Source of the DNA: Eledone cirrhosa
Taxonomy: Eukaryota
Direction: 5' to 3'
DNA: 64,000 nucleotides
Assembly: GCA_964016885.1 (NCBI GenBank)
Contig: OZ024740.1
Span: 182,280,001 to 182,344,000 of the forward strand
In this document: in pieces, positions 1-13,523 of the stretch
Numbering within the stretch: position 1 is the first letter of the stretch
Layout: every line of letters starts with the position of its first letter
The notes under the pieces: generated by a model
What the model saw: only the letters and a program-made list of their open reading frames with translations
Databases searched by the model: none
What the model was told of the DNA's origin: nothing
Program-made: the position numbers and the translations under genes

Positions 1-59
1 TCACAAAGATAATTTCATAAATGTTTCAGTTGAATAAATGAACACATTAAGCCCCTTGC

Positions 60-345
60 CATCATCATCATCATTTAACGTCCATTTTTCCACGCTAGCA
101 TGAGTTAGACGGTTTGTCCAGTTTGAAGCAAGTTGGGTCAGGTGACCGTGTCTTGTTCATACAGAATTGTTTCTGACTTGGTTTCTACGATAGGATACCC
201 TTCCTAACACCAACCACATTTACAGTGTGTGCTGGGTGCTTTTTGTCATGACTCCTATACAACCACTTTACAGTGTGGGCTGGGTGCCTTTTGTTCTGTC
301 GCCATCACGAACACCTTACAGAGTGAGCTAGAGGCTTCCCTGGAC
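60..345 (-). mobile_element. RTE-related non-autonomous element or 3' UTR fragment with (GAT)n tail
   Basis: (CAT)n followed by TTTAACGTCC...GGATACCCTTCCTAACACCAACCACATTTACAGTG, which matches the 3' UTR of the RTE copies at 22.6 kb and 33.5 kb. Confidence 0.7.
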
Positions 346-814
346 ATATGCTACAGCCTGTCCTCATGAGAGATGTATTGGAGGGTGTGTGTACTTGTAT
401 ACTTAGGAATGATGAATTGTACTGTATATTTCATTCATTTTTATACAGGGACATGAGCATAGCTTAGTGTTTAAGAAGTTCACTTTGCAATTATAGAAAA
501 TATCTTTTACCATAGCCTTGGAGTGATCCAAGCCTTGTGGGTGAAAGTGGAAAGACAAAATCTGTTTGGAAGCCTTGTCAGATCGAATCTCCTTGTAATC
601 CAAATGCATAGCCTGGTCACATATTATGACATCTTGACTTAGTCAATGCAAAGGGCACACGTGTCTGTGGAATACGAGATCAATTACATGATAGTTTAAC
701 ATGTAAAATGTTCAGATGATCAAACAACTAAGTGTCTATTGTTAAAATGACAGACGATCCATCATTCTTTGTATATTTTGTATTAATTTCTATAGCCATT
801 AAATGAAGTGACAT

Positions 815-815
<1 letters not shown>

Positions 816-858
<43 letters not shown>

Positions 859-886
859 ATAATAATAATAATAATAATAATGATGA
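816..886. repeat. (ACT)n(AAT)n trinucleotide microsatellite
   Basis: Direct reading. Confidence 0.9.
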
Positions 887-2383
887 TTTCTTTATTAACC
901 ACAAGGGTTTACATAAAGTAGACATTAAGGACAGTACAGGACAATACAGACAGGTACAAATGGGCATTTCTGCGTGTAAAAAACAAAAACAGAGGATGTA
1001 ACAAAAAAATAACAATGAAAATTTCCCCAATAGGAGGGAGACTTCGAAGGGACATTTGTGGAGACAGCCCATTAAAAGGCCACAGTGACCCTGACGACCA
1101 GGGCAAGTGCTCACTCCCAGTTTTCCACCTTTAATTTACAGACACATACTCAGAGTAGGCTCATTCACTCGGGCCATTCTTGCTTCTCTCACCCATCTTT
1201 CAACAAAATGCTGGGAAGAGAGCACTTCCCTCTCTACCCTGATTTTTCTTTTCAAATGAAATTTGAAAAAGTCAATCAAGGTATCACCGAAGAGGTAAGT
1301 GCTCGTCTTTAGCCCTTTCAAACGTGTCCACCATACTATCTCTTTCGCCATGGCCACCAGACAGATAAAAACTGCCTGCCCTTCCCGGCTAAAGGAAGAG
1401 GGCGGGGCAATCCTCACGATGGACTCAGCTGATGCTCGGACACTGGACGAGTGCGTGCAGGATGGTTTCGCTGCCCTGCGCGCATCTTAGGCATACCAGG
1501 CTGACGGCACCTCCATGCCTGTAGAGTTTATCCCGAACTGGCAAGGCTCCTCGGTAGCACTGCCAGGCCAGGGATTTCTGGAAGTTGTCCATAGGCCCCA
1601 GCCCGAAAGTTCTTCCAAAGAGATTGGCTAGTTGATTTTTGTCGACGCCTAGAGTTTCCCTAAGTACATCGTCGCTCTTCCCCTCCACAAATCCTCTATA
1701 GAGCGCCAAGGTGGAGTTTCCACCGATCACATTGCCCGATTGGTCGAGGACTGTGAGCGCCTGAAGACATTCCAGTCTCCAAGCGCTCCCTCTTGGTCTT
1801 CGCTTGATCCAGGACTGCAGCTCCATCAAGGAGACGAGCTGGGGAAAGACACGTCTAGCAAATGGCGACCACACCTGATCATCGTCGAGGAAGAGGTGGA
1901 GGTGTCGTAGCCTGAGCGCCACTCTGCTCGTCGCCTCGTCCCAGTTTGTGTTCGTCTGGTGGTCCAGACCAAACCAGACCCCTAGCAATTTAACCGGTCC
2001 GTCCGTCCAGCGCCCGACGATGCCGTTGGACGGCATGGATCCGCCTCTCCAGGTGCCAAGCAACAGGCCCACCGGCTTTTCCTGGTTGATCATTGCTTAG
2101 AGTAGTGGTGATCGCCTCGATGTGTTTGGCGTTCAACACCACTACGATGACATCGTCCGCATATGCTGACACGGATCTTCCGCATCCTAGTTCGCGCGGG
2201 ACCCCCTTCAACATCTCCAGTTTGTGCAGTAATGGCTCGAGAGTCAATACGTACAAGAGGGACGAGAGGGGACATCCTTTGCGGACCGAGCGAATGATGT
2301 TGAACGGTTCCGAAAGGTGACCATTCACTCTCACCACAGAGCAGATGCCGCTGTGCATGGCAGCGATCCAGCCTCTGAAGATT
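887..2383 (-). mobile_element. L1/Tx1-clade LINE, 5'-truncated and frameshifted (RT C-terminal part, zf-RVT, 3' UTR)
   Basis: ORF 1990-2427 has GCPLSSLLYVL...AYADD; ORF 1425-2093 has KLLGVWF and CLRC...ETILHALVQC; AATAAA on the minus strand at about 891-896 before the simple-repeat tail. Confidence 0.8.
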
Positions 2384-2384
2384 G

Positions 2385-5300
2385 CCCTAACTCTAGCCCT
2401 CCAGATCCACCACTCAAACCACCTCAAAAGGAAAAACCTAAAAGGATGAAATGGACACGAGAAGAGTATAAAGAAGTAATATATGCATATTACTATGCAT
2501 TAGGTAAGCCATCACAAGACAGACACACTTTAAACTCCTACAAAATCTGGAAAACTCGGAATCAAGCTAGCAGACGTGATATGGATGGAAATAATTTAGC
2601 AAATGTAAGGAGGTATATCTTCAGAAATAATAGACTCACAGACACTGAACTAACTGTGATCAAGCAGGCTGTGGAGAATGAGATAAATATAAATGACGAA
2701 AGAACTGAATAATCTCCTGGAGATAGTAACCAGTCACAAGTCTTTACTAAAAGACCTCCATCTGACCAAATCACAAATAGGTTTGTAGAAATGTGAAAGC
2801 CCCATTGAAGCTGCTGAAAATAGCCAGGAGAGGAACTTAGAAACAGTAATTGAAAACCAAACATCTGCTGAAGAACACAGGGAGACTATGAAGGAATTAA
2901 AGCAAAAAATACTGAATGAGCTTGCAGTAGTAAGACATGCTAGTATAAATGATAGAGAAACACTTCAAAAACTCCCAAATACAATCCAAAATAGAAAACA
3001 AATAATTGGTAATTCTGTGACAAAAGAAATCATTGAAGAACTAGAACCTGATCTTACTGAGTTAAATGAAATCATTTATGCATCTGCTAGAGTAATTGAA
3101 ACACGTTATTTACCACCAAAAAAACAAAAAAAGTCGAACCTTCGAAGTAAACCAATTTGGAGGAATAGAATCGAAAAGGAGATTGACGTAATGAGAGGAG
3201 AAATATCTTTATTGAGTGAGTTAACCGCTGGAAATGATATAAGATCCAAGAAGGTAAGAACGCTAAAGAGAAAATATGGACTGTCTTCTAGAGAAGCAAT
3301 AGTTTCAACAAAAGAATCTCTGAAACAAAAAGTCCATGTAGAAGGCCAACGAATTCGTAGATTCGAGAAGCGAAACAACTTCTACAGGCAAAATAAGTTG
3401 TATTCATCCAATGTAAAGTCATTTTATAAAGAAGTAGGGAAGAAAAATATAATTATTGATGACCCCACCCCACCCCCCACCCCACCCCACCCCCTCCATA
3501 GAAGAAGGTGAAAACTTCTGGAGTAAGATTTGGAGTGATGAGAAGACATATAATGCTAAGGTAGATTAGATTAGTCGCCTGGAAAAATCCTACACAAATT
3601 TAGAAGAACAGGCGTGGGAAGACATCTCTATAGCGGACTTAAGGACAGCACTTAATAAATCTCATGAATGGAAATCTCCTGGTAGAGATAGGGTGCCAAA
3701 TGTCTGGCTTTGCTCACTCCCGTGCACTCACAATATATTGGTCAAGTTGTTTAATGGAATTATGAAAGATCCAAAAATTACACCTGATTGGATAGCAAGT
3801 GGCATTACCTACCTTCTACCAAAGAACAATGAAACCAAAGATCAAAAAAACTATCGGCCCATAACCTGCTTGTCCACCACTTACAAACTATTAACCTCTA
3901 TTCTCATGGAAAAAGCATACGTGTTTTTGGAGGAGAACAATCTTTTCCCCATTGAACAAAAAGGGTGCCGACGAGGTTCATATGTTTGCAAAGATCAACT
4001 TTTGATTAATCGTATGATCCTTGAGAACTGTCATAATAAACACAGAAATCTCAGTTCTGCATGGATCGATTATAACAAAGCCTTTGACAGCATACCACAC
4101 TCATGGATTCTGAAATCACTGGACATCTTCAAAATCTCACCTGTGATCTCAAACTTCCTGAAACACAATATATCATTATGGAACACAAATCTCCAATTGT
4201 CTCATTTCACTGGGGTACTGTGCTCTAGGAATATAAACATCAACTGTGGTATATTCCAGGGTGACTCACTTTCACCCTTGCTTTTCTGCATAGTTTTAAT
4301 ACCCCTTACATCCGAACTTAATAGAACAGGGTACGGTTATAGAATTGACAACAAAAAAATAAGCCACCTATTTTATATAGATGATTTGAAGCTATATTGC
4401 AAAGTTAATGACGAACTGGAAGGCCTTTTGCGGACAGTAAAAACATTTAGCGATGACATCAGGATGAAGTTTGGACTTGACAAGTGTGCAAAAGCGACTT
4501 TCAAGAAGGGGAAGCTTGTCAAATCAGACTCAGTTGAATTGGAAGGCTGAAACAATCATAAAAGAACTTGAGCAGGAACAAACCTATAAATACTTAGGAA
4601 TTAATGAGGGGCTCTGGCATACAGCATGCAAGTATGAAAGAGAGGATAAGGAAAGAATGTTACAGGAGAGTACGTGCAGTTCTGAGATCAGAACTAAACG
4701 TTCGTAACAAGGTGCTAGCCATAAATTCCTTGGCAGTCCGAGTTGTCACTTATAGCATCGGTGTGTTGAACTGGAATATGAGTGAAATCAAAGTCTGTAA
4801 GCTACTGACCTGCAGATGTGGACCGTCTTTACCTTCCTAGAACTCAAGGAGGCCGTGGCCTGATCCAATTTGAACTTGCTTACAAGACCACCATCATTGG
4901 ACTGGCCAAATACCTTGAAGCAACTAACGACTGTATGCTGAAACTTGTTGAAAAGCATGAGAGAAGTGAGAAGCTTCATTCTATCTTGAAGGAGAGCAAA
5001 AAATAGGCTACTGATCTCATGCTTGATACCCAGGCTAGACAGACTAAAGAAATTGTTGCAACTGATGCTGCTAGGCACATAAAATCACTGGCGAAAGCAA
5101 AAAGGCAAGGACAATTAGCATCAAATTGGGAGCAGAAACCTTTGCATGGCAAATATGTGGCCCATAGCAAACAAGCTGATGTTGACCAAAAGCACACATC
5201 AGTGGCTACGTAGTTCAGGGCTAAAGGCGGAGAGTGAGGGCGTCATATTAGCTGCCCAAGATCAAAGCTTATTGACTCGTAATTACCAGGCCAATGTGAT

Positions 5301-6060
5301 AAGAAACGGAGTAAACCCAAAGTGCCGATTCTGCGGTGCTGAGGTTGAAACAGTGGATCACTTACTCTCCGGATGTAAAGTTTTAGCACCAGTAGAATAC
5401 AAATATAGACACAACAGAGTTGGCCAATATCTACACTGGGTAATATGTCGGCATTACAAAATCAAAGCTGAAGACAAGTGGTACAATCATCACCCTGAGG
5501 CTGTAACTGAAGGAGAAAAAGTAACAATTCTCTGGGACTTTCCTGTACATACTGACAGGACCATAAAAGCAAATAGACCTGACATCATTGTAAAAGATCA
5601 ACATAGCAAGGTCTGTTTATTTACAGATATGAGCATCCCATGTGATCACAATATCGCGGCAAAAGAATTTGACAAGCTACGAAAATATAAAGATCTGCTT
5701 ATTGAAATTGAGAAAATGTGGTGCCTAAATGCCGTTACAATACCAGTGATTGTGGGAGGACTGTGAATGATCAGTATACCCTCTCTAGACGAGGTGCAAA
5801 AAATTGTCTTGACTGGTACTGCACACATATTGAGAAGAGCACTATCTCTGTAGGATTGATATCACTCCTTGTACTTACATATGCATATGAACATGTGTAT
5901 ACTGTTTTTTTTTTGTTTTTTTTTATTATAATCAATGTGCTGTATTAACTGGCTTACCAATGCACACTGTGAATTTATTTGCCCTAGGTGTCAGGAAGAC
6001 ATTCGGCATATATCTCAGAAACAATAATGAAAGAAAATAAAAATAATGATAATAATAATA
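2385..6060 (+). mobile_element. R4/Dong-clade non-LTR retrotransposon (RT plus restriction-like endonuclease), near full length, decayed
   Basis: NYRPITCL, EQKGC, WIDYNKAFDS, QGDSLSP, FYIDD (3693-4550); CRFC...ETVDHLLSGC...RHN and RPDI..D..K..KY RLE motifs (5146-5766); ends in a TAA-rich tail; several stops and frameshifts. Confidence 0.88.
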
Positions 6061-6172
6061 CTTCCACTACTAAAACTAACATTACCACCACCACCACCAA
6101 GATAGTACTATTTAGCTTATTGTTGGTTTAAGAGTTTGTATTTTAGCAAATCTTATCCTTTTTTCATTATTG

Positions 6173-6889
6173 CCGAGGTTGACTTTGCCTTTCATGCTTA
6201 CGGGGTCGATAAAATAAAGTACCAGTAATGCACTGGGTAATTGCTGGCCTTGTGCCTAAAGTAGAAACAATTATTATTTCTATTATTATTATGGCAAGGG
6301 TGAGTTCAAATCCCTCCGAGGTTATCTTTGCCATTCACCCTTACAGGGTCAATAAAATAAAGTACCAGTAATGCACTGGGGTTGACTTAATCAACTTTCC
6401 CCTTCCCTTCAAACTGCTGTCCTTGTGTCAAATGTAGAAGCAATTATTATGGCAATGGACTTCATAATTATTAAAGCTCGAGACTTGTTGAGTTTAGTTG
6501 TTCTTCTGTATTCTGAGGTCAAATCCTATGAGGTCAAACTTGCCTTCCATCATTCCAGTATCAATGTGATGGGTTCTACTGAAGCACAAGAATCAATGTA
6601 GCTGACTAAACTCTTTTTCAAAGTCTCTGACACTGTATCTATATTATAAATGATTATTAGAAGCATTAATGAAGGGAGGTAGAGTAGCAGCATTGGTAGA
6701 CAATCAGACAACATGCTTTGTGGCATAGAGTTACATCCCTCAACATTCTTAATTCAAATCCCACCGAGGTTAGCTTTGCCTTACGGGGTCGATAGAATAA
6801 AGCATCAGTAATGCACTGGGGTCGATATAATGGACTTTTCCGTCCCCTTCAAATTGCTGGCTTTGAGCTTATATTAGAAATCATTATTC
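6173..6889 (+). mobile_element. Cluster of about 4 tRNA-derived SINE copies (OK-like family) of different ages
   Basis: Repeated GTTCAAATCC..GAGGTT.ACTTTGCCTTTCATCC..GGGGTCGATAAAATAAAGTACCAG..TGCTGGCCTTGTGCC..GTAGAAACAATTATT. Confidence 0.85.
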
Positions 6890-6956
6890 AAAGGTTTAAT
6901 CTACTTTCACCTCTCCCAAGATTGTTGGCTTTGTGTCTAAATGAGACATCATTGTA

Positions 6957-7101
6957 AGATGTAATGGTAATATATCTATGTATATTTGGTTTAGAATATG
7001 TACACCATATCCTCATGTATCATACGAGATGTAATGGTAATATATCTATGTATATTTGGTTTAGAATATGTACACCATATTCTCATGTATCATACAAGAT
7101 G
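6957..7101. repeat. 70-bp tandem duplication
   Basis: AGATGTAATGGTAATATATCTATG... occurs at 6957 and 7027, nearly identical. Confidence 0.9.
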
Positions 7102-7246
7102 ACTAAAAGGTTTGGTACCAGGAAAAAAAACTTTGCATCAAAAAGGATCCTATGATAAATATGAAGTCTACCATGGGTTATGTGGCTTACAATGTTAATC
7201 CTTGCTTTATTAAGGAAAATGACATTAAATGTGTGTTATAATAGTA

Positions 7247-7445
7247 ATAGTTGTTTCTACTTTTTGGCACAAGGCCAGCAATTACCCAGTGTATCAGTGT
7301 ATTACTGGTACTTTATTTTATCGACCCCATAAGGATGAAAGGCGAAGTTAACCTCGGCGGGATTAGAACTCAGACCATAAAGGGACGTAACTATGCTCGA
7401 GAGCATGGTGTCCGACACTCTACCAATACTGCCAATCCACCGCCT
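7247..7445 (-). mobile_element. Full-length tRNA-derived SINE (OK-like)
   Basis: Matches the family consensus; flanked by the direct repeat TGTTATAATAGTAATAG. Confidence 0.9.
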
Positions 7446-8130
7446 TATCCATCCACCTGTTATAATAGTAATAGTAATAGTAATTAAGTAACACAATATA
7501 CTTTATGTGACCGTACCAACTCTACCAAACCACAGACCTTATTACCATTAATATTGCTATGAAACAATGTTTTTGTTTTCTTATATACTTTATAATATTA
7601 ATATCATTTGAAAATATATTGCTTCTATTGATTATTTTGTATGATGTCATTACAACAACTTCATTTTTCCACTTTTCTTCACAAATCTAGAAGTAGTTTT
7701 ACTTTCATAAAATGACAACATATATACATAAGATATATGAGTAAATTGAATTAAAAACAAATAGAAAAATATATTTGCTATTGAGAACCATGTCATTTCT
7801 GACAAAAAACTGTATTTCACTCGGAAGTTTTTCATTGTTATATCTTACTTATATAATCAATTCCAAGCTTTTTGTTAGAATCAGTGTAAACATGATATTT
7901 CACATGAGTATATTGCTCAATGTGTCAACTACAACAATATCTTAGTTACATAGACAGAGCTAACATCTGTCACTGACAATGTCCTTCTTTTATTTTAGTT
8001 TAGCATTAAAAGAAAATCCTCTGTATTTGCCCCATCGTATCTAATTTAATTTAATATGTGTTATTGACAAAAATACTACAAAAATGAATGCATACTCAGC
8101 ATTCAGTTATATGAAAGATCTAATAGTCCT

Positions 8131-8535
8131 AATGGTTTCTAGTTTTGGTACAAGGCCAGCAATGTGCAAGGTATTGAAAGTCAATTAAATCACCCTAGTG
8201 TTGGCATTTTATTTCATTGAAACTGGAAGGATAAAAGACAAGCTGACTCTGGCAGAAAGCATTTTGTCTACTGCTCTAATGAGTTTTCACCTCACCATCC
8301 TTCTAATAATAACTGTTTCTATTTTAGGCACAAGGCCAGTAGTTTGAAGGGGAAGGGAAGTTGATTAAATCAACTCCAGTGTGTTACTGGTGCTTTATTT
8401 TATTGACACTGCAGGGATGAAAGGCAAAGCTAACCTTGGTGGGATTTGAACTCATAACGTAAAGGGCCATAACTCTATGCTGTAAAGCTTGGTGTCATAT
8501 GCTCTACTAATACTACTAATCCACCACTCTCATCC
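8131..8535 (-). mobile_element. Two older OK-like SINE copies
   Basis: Diverged matches to the consensus (CACAAGGCCAG, GGATGAAAGGCAAAG, GATTTGAACTC). Confidence 0.75.
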
Positions 8536-9066
8536 TTCTAATAATAATAACAACACTATCTTGTTCCTGCAGTTCAAATGTATATTATTTCTTCTTGTTT
8601 GGTCTGGAATAAGTGATTGTGTCCATCAGTTTTACAGGCTATTGGAGCTTGGTGAGACTGACACAGTTAATATTCTTTCGGAACAGTTCCAAGTTGGTGG
8701 ATGGCTAAATGAAAAATATGTGTAGAAAGAGAATTTCAGAGTGCCAGCATTTAGTGGTGGAAGAACTGTGTATAGCGGTTATGACTTGGGGTGGGATAGG
8801 CATATTGAGAGTAGGTGACAGGATGATAGAAAGAAGTGTAATAGAAAAGAATCAAAGTGGTAGGAACAGGAGCATGATAGAAGAAATGAAGAAAGAAAGA
8901 CAGTGAGAGTGGTTGAGACAGTGTTTCAGAATGATAGACAGCTATGGAATGTTTATTACTAAAGAGAATGAAAAAACCATGAGCAAAAGAGATTTAACTA
9001 TGAATATGAAATCCCCTAGCTTCTTGAGCCCATCCAAAAATGGTTTAATTGACAAAGAATTTACTT

Positions 9067-9184
9067 GCTTACAGCACAAGGTTTCCCAAGCAGTGACCCA
9101 TCTAAGCACTAACTAGGCTGAACATTGCTTAACTTCAGTGATCAGATGACAACCGGTGTTTTCAGCATGATATGACTGGTTGTC
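9067..9184 (-). pseudogene. 5S rRNA pseudogene (or 5S-derived SINE head)
   Basis: Minus strand reads CATATCATGCTGAAAACACCGGTTGTCATCTGATCACTGAAGTTAAGCAATGTTCAGCCTAGTTAGTGCTTAGATGGGTCACTGCTTGGGAAACCTTGTGCTGTAAGC, colinear with metazoan 5S with CpG-type decay. Confidence 0.88.
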
Positions 9185-9279
9185 ATCTGATCACTGAAGT
9201 TAATCAATATTCAGAGCAGAAATGTGGCAAAGCCACTGGTGAGGATGAAATTTGGCGTAAGATGTTAAAAGCCTATATC

Positions 9280-9620
9280 AGGTAATGACCGAAAGAATAT
9301 GATCACTGATACAAGGAGCCAAAATGGCATTCCTCCGAAGGGTCTTTGGAGTAACATTACTTGATAGAGTGTGTAGCTTGGAGATCAGAGACTCCCTCCT
9401 GGTAGAGTCACTACTACTTCAAATTGAGAAATCACCGGTCTGATATTATTTGCATGTGGTTAGAATGTGTCAGGAAAGAATCACTGGAGAGATTTTATGA
9501 GTAGAACCAACTGGCACTGGCAGGAAGCCCAAAGCTAGACACCAAGCAAGATTGTTGGATAACATCCATGAGCTCAGCTGATCTTGCTTGAGAATCCAGC
9601 TGGACCAATTGGAGATGATT
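9280..9620 (+). mobile_element. Old RTE-type LINE 3' fragment
   Basis: Translates to AKMAFLRRVFGVTLLDRV...EIRDSL...LHVVRM with stops. Confidence 0.7.
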
Positions 9621-10004
9621 GCTGGAAGTAGTGCTTGAGGATTCTTCCTGCATGATTCCTCAGGTATAAGTGGGCAAAAAACAAGAATATGTATGATGGG
9701 AAAAGAGAAAGTAGTGAAAGAAAAAGAGATTACTTTCAGAAATGCAATTTGCTGGATGTCAATAATGAGTGATAAAGAAGAAAATAAAGTGATAGAGATG
9801 ACTAACAATAAGCTAGTGTGAATGTAATAGGTGACTGAATATGGACAGAATGAAGCAGAGCCATACACTGACAGTATGATGAGAGAGAGAATAGAAGCAA
9901 GGCAGAGTGATGTAAAAGTGAGTGAATGATAGATGATATTGTAGATAGATTTAATGTGAATATAGTAAGTGACAATGGCTGAAATTGAGATATTATATAT
10001 TTTA

Positions 10005-10260
10005 CACTGTGTGGCCTAGTGATAAATATGTATGTTGTGGGTTTGATTATTGGACTGGTTTGTGTGTTGTGTTCTTCAACAAAATACTTTATTTCACATT
10101 GCTCCAGTACACTCAGTGAAAAATGAGTACCAGCAATAGCAGGGGGTTTAATCCTGTGATGGCCTATTGTCCTGTGCAAGAGCGAATCGTGTACTATCAG
10201 TCACTTAACACCATGGAATCCAAGATAAGTACTGGCCTGGTGATCTTTCAGGCTCAAGAC
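10005..10260 (+). mobile_element. tRNA-headed SINE, second family, diverged
   Basis: TGGCCTAGTG head; CACATTGCTCCAGTACACTCAG; CCTGTGATGG; homologous to 62716-62965. Confidence 0.65.
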
Positions 10261-11442
10261 AAACTCTAGCGGTACCCTAAGCACCAGCATCAATTTTTTA
10301 TGTTTGTGTAAGTTGGACAAGTCTTCTTCAGCAGATTGTTTTGCCAGATCTAGCATTTTTTTTTTACATTTTCTTCATGATGTTCAGCCTGAAATCAATC
10401 TTCACTACTTCTTTCCATGTCTTATTCAATCTGCCTCTTATACAGTTTCATATGTGTTACAAAAGTGTCAGCTCAGTTTGTGTGATTTACATGAAGTGCT
10501 ATACTTAGAGATAGAAGTATTGTGTATGATTTTCAATTCCTACCTACCATCATTTTGAATTGAACATGTTTGCAGATCCTTATATTTGCTATAGCTTAGT
10601 GGCCCTCAACTACTTTTCATTGCTGATACCTGCTTCTGGAGCTAACATACCTCTGTGACTCCCTTATCGATGTTATTAGTCAAAAAGAAAAGTTATTTTA
10701 CAATTTGTAATATTCATTAATTGCAGACATAAACAAACAAATGTTTGTAATAGCTTACAAAAAAATTACCATTTCAGATAAAATTATATTAGCAAAACAA
10801 TTCTATAAAGACATAAATGTATAGCCAGAACATAATCTATAAGAACTGCCAAACATTAACTTTTATAATGTTTATTTTATACACAAAAAATAATAATAAT
10901 TCTTAGAAACAAAAATATATAACAACAAAAATCTCCTTGAAAAAAAATCTCCTTATTTAGTGGGAACTTTATGATTGTTGCAAACTGGCAAGTTTTTTGA
11001 AAATCAGCCTGCAGTGTTGCAAGGTTGCCAGATTAGACAACAAGTAGGTGGTTACATTACTTTGCAGGGATGCACACAACTAATTTTTCTATTGTACTAT
11101 GTACTACTTAGAAATTCTTTATTTTTAAAGATAAAAAAAACATTTTATGATATATAATTAGATTATCAACTAAGTAAATTATAACTATCCTTTAGGAAAT
11201 GCTTAAACATATATTTTATGAATTTACCAACATAATGTTTCATTTTAGGCTACATTCTAATACAAGCTCTTATTTTTTGCAAATTTTCTGCCACTTTTAT
11301 GGAATTGACCTTGCAATTCTTTTGTGTTGATAGTGTTATACAAAGATCAGCTTTCATCACAATATTAAAGCTCATTAGCTATTGACAGCTGGTAAGTCAT
11401 CCAGCAAGAGTTACATTCAACAAGATTAGAAATGCATTAAAG

Positions 11443-11759
11443 CTGAGGTTCTCAAAAATGTTGGGTCACCACCACTCTCACACCCAGGTAATCCCCTCCC
11501 CTCCTCCATCCTATTTCCAGGGAGACCTGCCAACATGTAAATTGTAAATAATAAATAAAATCGTTAATTTATTATATATAATAATGTATAAATAAATATA
11601 ATTTTTTTTATTTTACTATATTTATATATGTATCAATTGATATGTAATATACTATTATATAATCTCTACTGACCCTCACCACCCCCTTAAGCTGCAGCAC
11701 CTCGCTGGACCTTCTCAACATCCCTTGTGGAGCAGTAGCGCCCACTTTGAGGACCTCTG
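11443..11759. mobile_element. hAT-type MITE
   Basis: Imperfect TIRs CTGAGGTTCTCAAA / TTTGAGGACCTCTG and an exact 8-bp TSD CATTAAAG on both sides. Confidence 0.85.
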
Positions 11760-12434
11760 CATTAAAGAATACCTTGCACCAATTATAATGTGCAATATTT
11801 ATATTTTTCAAATGAGAACAAAGAATATAATATGACAAATTGATTGTAGGTCTAGAACTTAAATTTGTGTCATCAAATCAGACAGTTCTATGGTCTCTAA
11901 AACTGTAATATTCTCCCCTCCCAGGGAGCAAGCGCTTCAAAATTTGTTTCAACTTATTGATGTTATATAAATTTGAAGAAATAAATGGGAGCTTTTATGC
12001 AGTTGCTTGTCCTGTTAGAAATGAACAAATTTTCCTTTGATCCCACTTGAATGTCTTAAAGAGATATACTAGATAATTTAGTCTCTGATACATAAACTGA
12101 CTGGATGATCATATTTAAAATGCTTTAGATTATTAATCTGTTCAATCAGGATTGATTTGGAGATGATGAAACAACAAAAACAAAATCATTTTGGCTTGTT
12201 TATTTTAGGTGGTAATTAACTTTCTTTAAAAAGAAACAGAACTAAACAGTTTCTCTTAAAGTCAGAAGCAAATTTGCAAAAAGATGTTACTTGTGTATGG
12301 GTCAAAGACTCAAGCTAAAGCATAAAGATAATTATATTATCAACACAAAAGTGATGCAACTTACTTATGTATACATAGGGTAGTGATTTCGTTATTAGTA
12401 CATTTTGAAAAAGCATTTCATTTTTTCTAAAATA

Positions 12435-12623
12435 TAATTGTTTCTACTTTTGGCACAAGGCCAGCAATTACCCAGTGCATTACTGGTACTTTATTTTATC
12501 GACCCCGTAAAGATGAAAGGCAAAGTTAACCTCGGCAGGATTTGAACTCAGAATGGCAAGGGCCGTAACTATGCATCAAAGCATGGCGTCCGACCCTCTA
12601 CCGATACTGCCAATCCACCGCCC
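12435..12623 (-). mobile_element. Full-length OK-like SINE
   Basis: Consensus match; TSD ATTTTTTCTAAAATATA. Confidence 0.92.
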
Positions 12624-12639
12624 ATTTTTTCTAAAATAT

Positions 12640-12845
12640 AATATTGTTTTCTAGTGTGTAGTGGGAGAATGAAATCAATTATATTGACCCCAGTACTTCA
12701 CTGGTACTTTATTTTATCAGCCTCAGAAGGATGAATGATAAAATTGACCTTGGTGGAATTTGAACTCAGAAAGTGAAGAGCTGTAACTAAATGCCAAAGA
12801 AGACTGTTGTCCAATGCTCTACTAATTCTGTCAATCCACCATCAT
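12640..12845 (-). mobile_element. Older OK-like SINE
   Basis: Diverged consensus match. Confidence 0.7.
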
Positions 12846-12945
12846 TATATTCTCATCCTCCTCATCACCATCATTTAACGTACATTTTCATTACTAGCAA
12901 AGTTTGGATGGGTTATCACAGACCCTATATATTTATAAAATATAA

Positions 12946-13136
12946 TAATTGTTTCTACTTTTGGCACAAGGCCAGCAATTCTCCAGTGTATTACTGGTAC
13001 TTTATTTTTTCGACCCCATAAGGATGAAAGGCAAAGTTAACCTTGGCGGGATTTGAACTCAGAATGGAAAGGGCCGTAACTCTTTGCGTCAATGCATGGC
13101 GTCCGACCCTCTGCCGATACTGCCAATCCACCGCCC
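12946..13136 (-). mobile_element. Full-length OK-like SINE
   Basis: Consensus match; flanking TAAAATATAATAAT repeat. Confidence 0.9.
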
Positions 13137-13414
13137 TTTCTAAAATATAATAATATATGTAAAAACATTAGAGAAAAACTCCAAGTGAAAAGAAAAATGA
13201 CAATAATGATAGTGCAAAGAATGTGATGAAGGACTAGTTATATAGTTATAACATGAAGGAAGTGAAATGGAGAACACAGAAGTGATGTAAGATATTAACT
13301 AGAAGAAAAAAAAGAATATATAGGAAATTAAATGTATGCATGGTAGTTGGGGAAGAATGAATAATTTGTGAATGAGATACGATATAGTGTGGGAATTGTT
13401 CATATATACTGGCT

Positions 13415-13416
<2 letters not shown>

Positions 13417-13455
<39 letters not shown>

Positions 13456-13523
13456 ATATGTATGTATGTGTGCGTGTGTGTGTGTATGTGTGTGTATGTG
13501 TGTGTGTGTATGTGTGTGTGTAT
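13417..13523. repeat. (TA)n/(TG)n microsatellite
   Basis: Direct reading. Confidence 0.9.

Noticed and set aside
230-330. Repeated CCACTTTACAGTGTG units with variable spacers (also 60310-60480), superficially CRISPR-like
   Set aside because: Degenerate internal repeats of an RTE UTR in a eukaryotic context; the spacers are homologous to each other and there are no cas genes
728-1114. ORF with poly-L/poly-V and similar YI, SL and CV-repeat ORFs (13.3, 14.3, 47.4, 48.7, 56.6, 58.2 kb)
   Set aside because: These are translations of microsatellites
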